Shown here: positions 38,995-46,217 of the stretch, piece by piece
Layout: the number at the start of each line of letters is the position of its first letter
Numbering within the stretch: position 1 is the first letter of the stretch
Origin: Bacillota bacterium
GTDB taxonomy: Bacteria; Bacillota; Clostridia; Acetivibrionales; DUMC01
Length of the DNA stretch: 64,000 nucleotides
Direction of reading: 5' to 3'
Assembly: GCA_013314855.1 (NCBI GenBank)
Contig: JABUEW010000002.1
Location: 13,511 to 77,510, forward strand
Position numbers and translations under genes: made by a program
Notes under the pieces: model-generated
Told to the model about the DNA's origin: nothing
Seen by the model: only the letters and a program-made list of their open reading frames with translations
Databases searched by the model: none

Positions 38995-39008
38995 AGTAAT
39001 CGTTTACT
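38995..39008. promoter_or_regulatory. cre-like / LacI-type palindrome upstream of nagB
   Basis: AGTAATCGTTTACT is a near-perfect palindrome. Extended by one base, the minus-strand 15-mer (38994-39008) differs from the WTGNAANCGNWNNCW cre pattern at one position. About 145 nt upstream of the nagB start. Confidence 0.3.
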
Positions 39009-39133
39009 ATATTAAGTTTACATCAAAATTACTGAAATGGCAAGTAATATAAAATAATAAATCCTTTTGAACCGGAAGACTAACTGCCTCCTATGCATTC
39101 AAACGGATTTTATAAAAAATCTTCTTGAATATC

Positions 39134-39162
39134 TTGAATATATAATATAGATATGATATAAT
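39134..39162 (+). promoter_or_regulatory. Sigma-A type promoter for the small zinc-ribbon gene
   Basis: TTGAAT (39134-39139), 17-nt spacer, TATAAT (39157-39162), preceded by TG (extended -10 TGATATAAT). Confidence 0.55.
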
Positions 39163-39202
39163 TCCTTTATTAGTATAGATTTAATTAACCTATAGACCTT
39201 AT

Positions 39203-39262
39203 CCTCCTTAATTAATTTGGAGATAATAGTCAAGTTAATTAAATCTCCAATTATTAAGGAGG
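39203..39262 (+). promoter_or_regulatory. 5'-UTR hairpin sequestering the Shine-Dalgarno sequence
   Basis: CCTCCTTAATTAATTTGGAGAT (39203-39224) pairs with ATCTCCAATTATTAAGGAGG (39243-39262): 20 bp with two single-nt bulges and an 18-nt loop. The 3' arm is the AAGGAGG SD, 7 nt before the ATG at 39270. Confidence 0.65.
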
Positions 39263-39269
39263 TGTTTGT

Positions 39270-39461
39270 ATGGCAGATAAGACTCTTATTTGCAAGGATT
39301 GCAATAGTGAATTTGTTTTTACCGAAGGAGAACAGGCCTTTTACAAAGAAAAGGGCTTTCAGAACGAACCGCAAAGGTGTCCTGAGTGTAGAAGAGCAAG
39401 AAAACAGCAAAGAAGAAATAATGCTGGCTTCGGTTCTCGTAGATTTGGTGAAAACAGGTAA
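39270..39461 (+). CDS. Small zinc-ribbon protein (zf-trcl-like, CxxC...CxxC) with a basic tail
   Basis: MADKTLICKDCNSEFVFTEGEQAFYKEKGFQNEPQRCPECRRARKQQRR... The gene has its own promoter, SD and terminator. Confidence 0.75.
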   Translation: MADKTLICKDCNSEFVFTEGEQAFYKEKGFQNEPQRCPECRRARKQQRRNNAGFGSRRFGENR

Positions 39462-39484
39462 AATTAATTGCCACATTATTAAAT

Positions 39485-39518
39485 AAAGGAGAGTGTATAC
39501 TCTCCTTTATTTAGTTTT
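39485..39518 (+). terminator. Rho-independent terminator
   Basis: AAAGGAGAGT-GTAT-ACTCTCCTTT forms a perfect 10-bp stem, followed by ATTTAGTTTT. Confidence 0.8.
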
Positions 39519-39655
39519 GGAATACTTCAATCAATTATTGGATCGGGAATACATACGGGAATACATAAAAATTACATGTTCACATTTCTTAATATATATT
39601 ATATTATTAAATATATTAAATATATATTTATATATATTTAATATTTATATAATAC

Positions 39656-39702
39656 TAATATTGCAATGTTTAATATTGGTTTAATATTGTAATGTTTAAT
39701 AC
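39656..39702 (+). repeat. Direct repeat TAATATTG(C/T)AATGTTTAATA x2 just upstream of the acyl-CoA ligase RBS
   Basis: The copies start at 39656 and 39682 (26-nt period) and end 3 nt before GGGAGG. Candidate operator. Confidence 0.4.
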
Positions 39703-39719
39703 TCGGGAGGTGAATAATT

Positions 39720-41441
39720 ATGAAAAATATTCCTCTTTACGACGTGAGACCCATTAGAAACTTGAAGGATATGATTAATTCAAGTGTAGATATTTTTGGA
39801 GAAAAAACCGCATTTTTAGTAAAGAATAAGTCCGGCAACGACAATAATTACAGTCCTATAACCTATAAACAGTTTAAGTATGACTTGGATGCAATAGGGA
39901 CTGCACTTTTAAATTTAGGTTTAAAAAATAAAAGAATCGCCTTAATCGGTGAAAACAGGTATGAATGGGCAATATCGTATCTAGCAGTTGTGAATGGGAC
40001 AGGAGTTGTTGTCCCTCTGGATAAAGACCTTCCGCAGAACGAAATTGAGAATCTCCTCAGAAGGTCCGAAGCAAATGCAATCATTTTCTCAGGCAGTATT
40101 TATCCTCAAATAAAGGAAATAATCAGAAATAACAACTCTGTAGAATATTACATAAACATGGACGGCATAGAAGATGATGACAGTATTCTTGCATTCAACA
40201 AGTTGCTTGAAAAAGGGAAAGAACTTCTGGATAAAGGAGATAAAAGTTTTATTGATGCAGAAATTGATGAAAAAGTCATGAATATTCTATTATTTACTTC
40301 CGCAACAACCGATAAATCCAAAGCGGTAATGCTGTCTCACGAAAATATATGCACCAATCTTATGGCCATGAGTTCAATGACATATATTGATCCTACGGAT
40401 ATTTTCCTATCAGTACTACCTATACATCATACATACGAGTGTACCTGCGGATTTCTATGCCCCCTCTACAGAGGAGCCGCAATTGCTTACTGCGAGGGCT
40501 TAAGGCATATACTAAAGAATCTCCAGGAATCAAAAGCTACAGTAATGCTCGCAGTCCCATTAATTTTTGAAGCCATATATAAAAGAATATGGGAACAAGC
40601 TGCAAAAAGCGGATCAGCCAATAAACTTAAAACAGGAATAAAAATAAGTAATTTTTTGCGTAAGTTAGGTATAGATATTACAAAAAGGTTATTTGCACCC
40701 ATATATAATAATTTTGGTGGTAATATAAGGCTGTTTATAAGTGGGGCTGCTCCTATTGATCCCTATGTTTCAAAAGGCTTCAGGGACTTTGGTTTAACAT
40801 TTATACAAGGGTATGGACTTACCGAGTGCAGCCCGATAGTTACACTAAATAGAGATGTGTACTTCAAAGATGACGCAGCCGGCCTTCCCCTTCCCGGATT
40901 AGAAGTAAAAATTGATAATCCTAATGAAGAAGGAGTGGGTGAAATCATAGTTAAAGGAAAAAATGTTATGTTGGGTTATTATCAGGATGAAGAAGCAACA
41001 TCAAAAGCTTTGAAAGACGGGTGGTTTTATACCGGCGATCTGGGATATATTGATACAGACGGATTTATACATATTACAGGAAGGAAGAAGCATGTTATAG
41101 TTACAAAAAACGGTAAAAATATTTACCCGGAAGAAATTGAAATCCTTTTGAATAGAAGCCCATATATTAAAGAATCTTTAGTTTACGGAAAAAATGATGA
41201 AGTTTACGGTGATGTCGTAGTTTCAGCGGTAATAGTCCCCGACATGGACAAAATACAGGAAGATTTTAAAGACCAGGCCCTCTCCGACGAAGAAATTTAT
41301 AATTTAATAAAAAAAGAAGTTAAAGAAGTAAATAAAAAACTTGTAATGTATAAATATATTAGAGACTTTAGTTTGCGTGAAAATGAATTTGCAAAGACTA
41401 CAACGAAGAAAATAAAGCGCTATATGGAAAAAATGAATTAA
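39720..41441 (+). CDS. AMP-binding long-chain-fatty-acid--CoA ligase family enzyme
   Basis: LLFTSATTDKSKAVMLSHENI (AMP-binding motif I variant), GYGLTEC, YTGDLGYID and GRKKHVIVTKNGKNIYPEEIE. Confidence 0.8.
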   Translation: MKNIPLYDVRPIRNLKDMINSSVDIFGEKTAFLVKNKSGNDNNYSPITYKQFKYDLDAIGTALLNLGLKNKRIALIGENRYEWAISYLAVVNGTGVVVPLDKDLPQNEIENLLRRSEANAIIFSGSIYPQIKEIIRNNNSVEYYINMDGIEDDDSILAFNKLLEKGKELLDKGDKSFIDAEIDEKVMNILLFTSATTDKSKAVMLSHENICTNLMAMSSMTYIDPTDIFLSVLPIHHTYECTCGFLCPLYRGAAIAYCEGLRHILKNLQESKATVMLAVPLIFEAIYKRIWEQAAKSGSANKLKTGIKISNFLRKLGIDITKRLFAPIYNNFGGNIRLFISGAAPIDPYVSKGFRDFGLTFIQGYGLTECSPIVTLNRDVYFKDDAAGLPLPGLEVKIDNPNEEGVGEIIVKGKNVMLGYYQDEEATSKALKDGWFYTGDLGYIDTDGFIHITGRKKHVIVTKNGKNIYPEEIEILLNRSPYIKESLVYGKNDEVYGDVVVSAVIVPDMDKIQEDFKDQALSDEEIYNLIKKEVKEVNKKLVMYKYIRDFSLRENEFAKTTTKKIKRYMEKMN

Positions 41442-41497
41442 CACAACAAGTTGAGTTAACATAATTAGTTAAGTTAAGTTAAGTTTTTTGTTACAAC

Positions 41498-41514
41498 ATA
41501 CCCATATGGGGTAT
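41498..41514. promoter_or_regulatory. Palindrome ATACCCATATGGGGTAT abutting an extended -10 (TGTATAAT, 41517-41524)
   Basis: Perfect 10-nt core CCCATATGGG. The position is typical of a repressor operator for the glutaredoxin-like/S41 genes. Confidence 0.4.
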
Positions 41515-41551
41515 ATTGTATAATAACCGAAATTTTTTAGGAGGTAATTAT

Positions 41552-41782
41552 ATGAAAGTTAAAGTATATTCAACACCCACATGCCCCTGGTGTACAGTGG
41601 CCAAAAAATATCTTGCTTCAAAAAACGTAGTTTTTGAAGATTTAGACGTATCGGCAGATAGGAATGCTGCCATAGAAATGGTCCAAAAATCCGGTCAAAG
41701 AGGGGTACCGGTAATTGATATTGACGGCAATATAGTAGTGGGCTTTAACCAGGATGCTATTGATAAATTATTAAAGTTGTAG
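41552..41782 (+). CDS. Glutaredoxin-like protein (YruB/NrdH-like)
   Basis: MKVKVYSTPTCPWCTVAKKYL (CPWC redox motif) and GVPVIDIDG. AGGAGG 7 nt upstream of the ATG at 41552. Confidence 0.8.
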   Translation: MKVKVYSTPTCPWCTVAKKYLASKNVVFEDLDVSADRNAAIEMVQKSGQRGVPVIDIDGNIVVGFNQDAIDKLLKL

Positions 41783-41805
41783 CAGGTTTTAGGAGAGAGG
41801 TTATA

Positions 41806-42735
41806 TTGAAGAAAAAAATATTAACTACCGAAGATAAATTAAAGAAATATAAAAAAAGGTTTTTTATTTTACTGGTAATTTTTATTTTATTTATTGGTTT
41901 CATAAGTATTTATATATACTTAAACTATGATTACCTGGTTTTTAAACACTTTATTACACAGCATTATATATATACCGATACCCTGGATAAATTATATAAT
42001 GATGAGTTGAAAAGAGATGTAAGAGGTCGGTATTTTAATTATTTTGATGATGTAGTGATATCTGTCGTTACAAAAAGAATACAAGAAATAGGCAATGACC
42101 GTTATACATACCTTTATACCCCTGAACACTATAAAAAATATAAAGAAGAAGAAAAAGAAGAAGCCTTACAGTCACAATTAAAGGTTTTGGATAATCACAC
42201 TGTTTATCTTCATATAACCAATTTCTCCATCCATACCAGGAAGTTTATAGAAGACAACATCGAAGAAATAAAAAAATATCCTAACCTTATAATAGATTTA
42301 AGAAGTAATTACGGTGGTGATACCTTTGCAATGTATGCAATGGCCGATTTATTCCTTCCCAAGGGCAGTGTTATAGCCACCGACAGAATGAGACTTTTTT
42401 CAAAAACCGTTAAAGCAAAGAAAGGGAAAATCCTTTCTAACAATAAAATAGTTATACTCCAGGATAAAAATACGGCCAGTGCATCAGAAAACTTTATAGC
42501 AGCATTACATGATAACCTGGATAATGTAATTCTGATAGGCGATAAAACTTTCGGCAAAGGCATAGGACAGTTTACCATGCCCTTAAAAAAAGGTTTTGCT
42601 GTTAAAGCCACCACTATGCTTTGGTATACTCCCAATGGAACAAATATCCAGGGGCAAGGAATAAGCCCGGATATTTACTATACCAACGAAGATATAATAG
42701 ATTTTGCCGTTAAAAAATTTGATCAATGGGATTAA
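41806..42735 (+). CDS. S41-family peptidase (membrane-anchored)
   Basis: N-terminal TM anchor. LIIDLRSNYGGD, TASASE and GDKTFGKG motifs. TTG start after GGAGAGAGG. Confidence 0.7.
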   Translation: MKKKILTTEDKLKKYKKRFFILLVIFILFIGFISIYIYLNYDYLVFKHFITQHYIYTDTLDKLYNDELKRDVRGRYFNYFDDVVISVVTKRIQEIGNDRYTYLYTPEHYKKYKEEEKEEALQSQLKVLDNHTVYLHITNFSIHTRKFIEDNIEEIKKYPNLIIDLRSNYGGDTFAMYAMADLFLPKGSVIATDRMRLFSKTVKAKKGKILSNNKIVILQDKNTASASENFIAALHDNLDNVILIGDKTFGKGIGQFTMPLKKGFAVKATTMLWYTPNGTNIQGQGISPDIYYTNEDIIDFAVKKFDQWD

Positions 42736-44156
42736 CTTTTTTTACCTGAAGGAATTTGCCTCCATCCATGGGGATATAGATTTTTTAACATTTTTCCCGT
42801 TTGCTTTGCCCATCCTACAGTAAACCCGTCAACACACACACCAATAAGCCCTTTTTCTCCTCCAACCAATAACGTTTCACCTTTTAAATATTTAATTATT
42901 TCGGTAGACTCTGACGGGAAATCCGCAACATTTTTGAGGTCTCCCTTCCTTAAGGACATAATCATGGAGTGTGAGGGTTCAAACATATTCTTTAAATTAT
43001 TTGTACCCATTAAACTCTTCGAAAATCTACCCAGATACCATCCAAATTTTACCACTTTTATGCCATTTAAATCAGGCAATGGTACTGAGAGACAATATAA
43101 ATTATTGCCTGTCAGGGTAAAGTGACCTTCAATTTCCATGTTAAGATTATTATGCATAAATTCTTTAAAAATTTCCAGGTATTCTTTTGACAACATTTTC
43201 TTAAGTTCATCATGCTTTTCTTGAATAGATAAATAATTTTCGTTTTGGCCTTTTTTGGCTAATAGGACAACAAAATGCCCTTCTCCCCTAACCTTATGGG
43301 GCCAAAGGCGTATAGCCTTAGCTATCCTTTCGTCTCCACCGGCCCACTCAGGCCTTCCTCTCTCTGCACCCTCAGGCAAAGGCACTTCAAGCAGTTCATA
43401 GTTATCATGCTTTTTTAAGAAACTTGATATCACCTCTTCATTTTCTTCAAGTGAAAAAGTGCAGGTGGAATAAACAAGCCTGCCACCCGGCTTTAGCATC
43501 TTATCGGCAGACTCCAGTATATCCTTTTGAATATCGAAACAATCTTCACACTTATATTTTCCCCAACTTTTTACGGCATTTTCATCTTTACGGAACATTC
43601 CCTCTCCTGAACATGGAGCATCTACAAGTATTTTATCAAAAAATTCCGGAAACTTAACGGCAAGATTGCAGGGCAGTTCATTTGTAACTATCGCATTTCT
43701 TATACCACAAAGCTCAATATTTTTTACCAGGACTTTTACCCGGGCGGGATTTGAATCATTTGCCACCAGTAGCCCTTCCCCCATCATTCCCGCAGCGATT
43801 TGTACAGTCTTTCCCCCAGGTGCGGCACAAAGGTCAAGTATATATTCGCCTGGCTTTGCATCCAATACTTCCGCAGGAAGCATGGCGCTGGGTTCCTGTA
43901 TATAATAGAGACCTGCATGGTAAAAAGGATGTTTTCCCGGATTATCTCCTTCATTATAGTAAAATCCATCTTTGGTCCATGGTACTTTTTCAAGCTTGAA
44001 GGGAGATATTTCTATAAAACGGCTAACACTTGTTTTTAAAGTGTTAACCCTGAGCCCGTAATGCCTGGGCATATCAAAAGATAAAACAAATTCTTCGTAT
44101 TCTTTTTCATTCATAAGAGCTTTCATTTTTTCTAAAAACTCATCCGGTAATTTCAT
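42732..44156 (-). CDS. rsmF: RsmF/RsmB-family rRNA (cytosine-C5) methyltransferase
   Basis: DLCAAPGGKT SAM motif, DAPCSGEGMFRK and STCTFSLEENE catalytic Cys motifs. Its stop codon overlaps the stop of the convergent S41 gene (TTAA at 42732-42735). Confidence 0.8.
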   Translation of the reverse strand: MKLPDEFLEKMKALMNEKEYEEFVLSFDMPRHYGLRVNTLKTSVSRFIEISPFKLEKVPWTKDGFYYNEGDNPGKHPFYHAGLYYIQEPSAMLPAEVLDAKPGEYILDLCAAPGGKTVQIAAGMMGEGLLVANDSNPARVKVLVKNIELCGIRNAIVTNELPCNLAVKFPEFFDKILVDAPCSGEGMFRKDENAVKSWGKYKCEDCFDIQKDILESADKMLKPGGRLVYSTCTFSLEENEEVISSFLKKHDNYELLEVPLPEGAERGRPEWAGGDERIAKAIRLWPHKVRGEGHFVVLLAKKGQNENYLSIQEKHDELKKMLSKEYLEIFKEFMHNNLNMEIEGHFTLTGNNLYCLSVPLPDLNGIKVVKFGWYLGRFSKSLMGTNNLKNMFEPSHSMIMSLRKGDLKNVADFPSESTEIIKYLKGETLLVGGEKGLIGVCVDGFTVGWAKQTGKMLKNLYPHGWRQIPSGKKS

Positions 44157-44566
44157 AGCGGCAGTATGTTGTTCAAAGCTTCCTTTCTTATATTTCTGTA
44201 TGCATAGAAATCGGAATCCAAGGTAATTATATCCCTAATATTTTCAATCTCCGATATCACAATCATTGTCGCATCTGCAAAATCCATAGGCATATCTCTA
44301 TACTTTTCAGATAGTTCAATAATTTTAGAAATATGGTCTTTTGTTATAGGATATATTTTTAAAGCACCGCGTTCAATCCACTTTAAAAAATCTAATTGCA
44401 CATTTACATTGAAATCGAGTAGGTGCAACACTTCAGTTATAACCGGCAAAGAAGTTACTAGCCTTCCCTCTAATGTCTTAAAAAAGCTTTTTACTTTATC
44501 ATGATAACTGTCGTCTTTATCAAAAAGGGCTATTAATGGTCCTGCATCAATGAGGTATTTTTTCAC
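44153..44566 (-). CDS. vapC: PIN-domain toxin (VapC-like)
   Basis: MKKYLIDAGPLIALFDKDD (first acidic residue), later E and D residues (TEVLH, DFADAT, LDSDF). 20-nt overlap with the antitoxin and 4-nt overlap with the rsmF start. Confidence 0.75.
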   Translation of the reverse strand: MKKYLIDAGPLIALFDKDDSYHDKVKSFFKTLEGRLVTSLPVITEVLHLLDFNVNVQLDFLKWIERGALKIYPITKDHISKIIELSEKYRDMPMDFADATMIVISEIENIRDIITLDSDFYAYRNIRKEALNNILPL

Positions 44567-44795
44567 GGATTTTCTCCTTTACTTTTTCTTTGTATTCTTT
44601 TGATAAATTACCTTTACCACTCCCATATTTGCCAAAAAGCTCCTTCCCTAATTCATAGGGGTGCTGTTGTTTTTCTAAATCAGTTAAATAAATTTCCCGT
44701 GCTTCCTTAATAATTTCAGACTTAGACTTATTTTCTCTTTTGGAAGCAAGGTTTAATTTGTTTTCTAATTTTTCTCCCAATCTTATACTTGTCAT
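44547..44795 (-). CDS. vapB: Ribbon-helix-helix (CopG-type) antitoxin (VapB-like)
   Basis: MTSIRLGEKLENKLNLASKRENKSKSEIIKEAREIYL is an RHH fold pattern. GGAG RBS upstream of the ATG at 44795. Confidence 0.7.
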   Translation of the reverse strand: MTSIRLGEKLENKLNLASKRENKSKSEIIKEAREIYLTDLEKQQHPYELGKELFGKYGSGKGNLSKEYKEKVKEKIREKIPH

Positions 44796-44884
44796 AGTAT
44801 CACTCCTGTAATGCAATTTGTATTACAAGTGTATCTTATTTTAAAATCGATGTCAAGGTTACGTAGTATAAATAAAAATTTCTG

Positions 44885-44913
44885 TTGAAATAATCTTCGT
44901 GCCATGCTATAAT
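44885..44913 (+). promoter_or_regulatory. Near-consensus sigma-A promoter of the tRNA gene
   Basis: TTGAAA (44885-44890), 17-nt spacer, TATAAT (44908-44913). The tRNA 5' end is at 44936. Confidence 0.7.
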
Positions 44914-44935
44914 GTTTTTGTGAATAAAATAAAAT

Positions 44936-45011
44936 GGCCCATTGGTCAAGAGGCCTAAGACACCGCCCTCTCACGGCGGAAACAGGGGTTCGAATCCCCT
45001 ATGGGTCACCA
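44936..45011 (+). tRNA. tRNA-Glu, anticodon CUC, CCA encoded
   Basis: Folded by hand: acceptor GGCCCAT/ATGGGTC, anticodon stem CCGCC/GGCGG with loop CTCTCAC, T arm AGGGG-TTCGAAT-CCCCT, discriminator A + CCA. Colinear with classical tRNA-Glu. Confidence 0.85.
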
Positions 45012-45030
45012 TCAGAAGGTCACAATTACA

Positions 45031-45077
45031 ACAGCAAAATAGCCAAGGTTAAATACCTTGGCTATTTTGCTGTTTTC
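45031..45077 (+). terminator. Strong terminator, possibly serving the convergent PfkB gene too
   Basis: ACAGCAAAATAGCCAAGG-TTAAATA-CCTTGGCTATTTTGCTGT forms a perfect 18-bp stem, followed by TTTC. Confidence 0.8.
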
Positions 45078-45125
45078 AGCTAGTAGCTTACTTTATTAAT
45101 CATTGTGTATTCCGGCATATACCCT

Positions 45126-46064
45126 CTATTCATATTTTGCCATAAAAGCCTTTATTTCTTCCATACTCTTTATGCCCGTGGATGCTCCTACTGCCATGAC
45201 GCAGTGTGTACCAACAGCATTGGCAAATTTCCCGCATTCATAAAGGCTCCAACCTTTTGAAATTCCTGTTAAGAAGCCTGCAGCAAAAGAATCCCCCGCC
45301 CCTGTTGTATCAACAGGTTTTATATCGGTATATGTAGGTATCTTGTGTTTTTCCCCACCTGAATCTTTAATAAAACACCCATCTTTACCAAGCTTTACAA
45401 CAGCTGTTTTGACTCCCATGGAAAGGAAAACGTCCGCAATATCTTCAGGTTCCTCTTTACCGCTTAGCTGGACTGCTTCTTCATAACTGGGCATAAACAA
45501 ATCTATATATTCCATGCATGGTTCAAGAACTTTCATCCAACGTCCCTTTGAATCCCATGCAGTGTCCAGTGCTGTATATTTACCCATCTCCTTTGACTTT
45601 TTCAATACCCTGGCGCAAGGTTCCCCATCGAAGTTCGGCATTAACATAGTACCTGCAATAAATACTATCTTTGACTTTTCAATTATATTAAAATCTACAT
45701 CAGTATCAGTAAATTCAGCATTTGCACCAAGACAATGCAAAAAAGACCTTTCACCGCCTGAATCCACCAACACCACTGAAGCTGATGTGCTGGAGTTTGG
45801 GCCAATCACCAGGCCATCTACATTTACTTTTTCTTCCTTGAGAGTATTATAAATAAATTTGCCGAATCCATCATTGCCAATCTTACCGATAACAGCCACA
45901 TTAAGCCCTACTCTGGCCATGGCTATACCTGAATTTACAGCACACCCCCCGGTGTACAAGTCCAGTTGATCTACCAGATTAAGTTTTCCCCTTGCCGGCA
46001 ACTTATCAACCGTCTTCGCTATTGCGTCTGCAACAAGTATTCCAACACATGCTACATCATACAT
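45126..46064 (-). CDS. PfkB-family carbohydrate kinase
   Basis: GGCAVN near the N-terminus and the DTTGAGDSFAAGF signature near the C-terminus. Confidence 0.8.
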   Translation of the reverse strand: MYDVACVGILVADAIAKTVDKLPARGKLNLVDQLDLYTGGCAVNSGIAMARVGLNVAVIGKIGNDGFGKFIYNTLKEEKVNVDGLVIGPNSSTSASVVLVDSGGERSFLHCLGANAEFTDTDVDFNIIEKSKIVFIAGTMLMPNFDGEPCARVLKKSKEMGKYTALDTAWDSKGRWMKVLEPCMEYIDLFMPSYEEAVQLSGKEEPEDIADVFLSMGVKTAVVKLGKDGCFIKDSGGEKHKIPTYTDIKPVDTTGAGDSFAAGFLTGISKGWSLYECGKFANAVGTHCVMAVGASTGIKSMEEIKAFMAKYE

Positions 46065-46217
46065 TTTAAGCGCCCCCTATCCATGTTTTATTACTGCACA
46101 ATACCTGCCAATTGTTTTATTTATATTCTATTTTACCATAAGCATTATTACAATGCATAGGCATTTATAGTTTAATTTTAGTTTACTTATATGGTATTTT
46201 GCATTTTAGCGGCATTT

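Noticed and set aside
39099-39486. ORFs 39099-39476 (-) and 39217-39486 (+) overlapping the zinc-ribbon gene
   Set aside because: The 63-aa CxxC...CxxC frame has the SD, promoter and terminator. The competing frames have none and give low-complexity sequence.
44792-44974. 60-aa minus-strand ORF overlapping the tRNA-Glu gene and its promoter
   Set aside because: It overlaps a well-folding tRNA and a consensus promoter. It has no RBS and its sequence is implausible.
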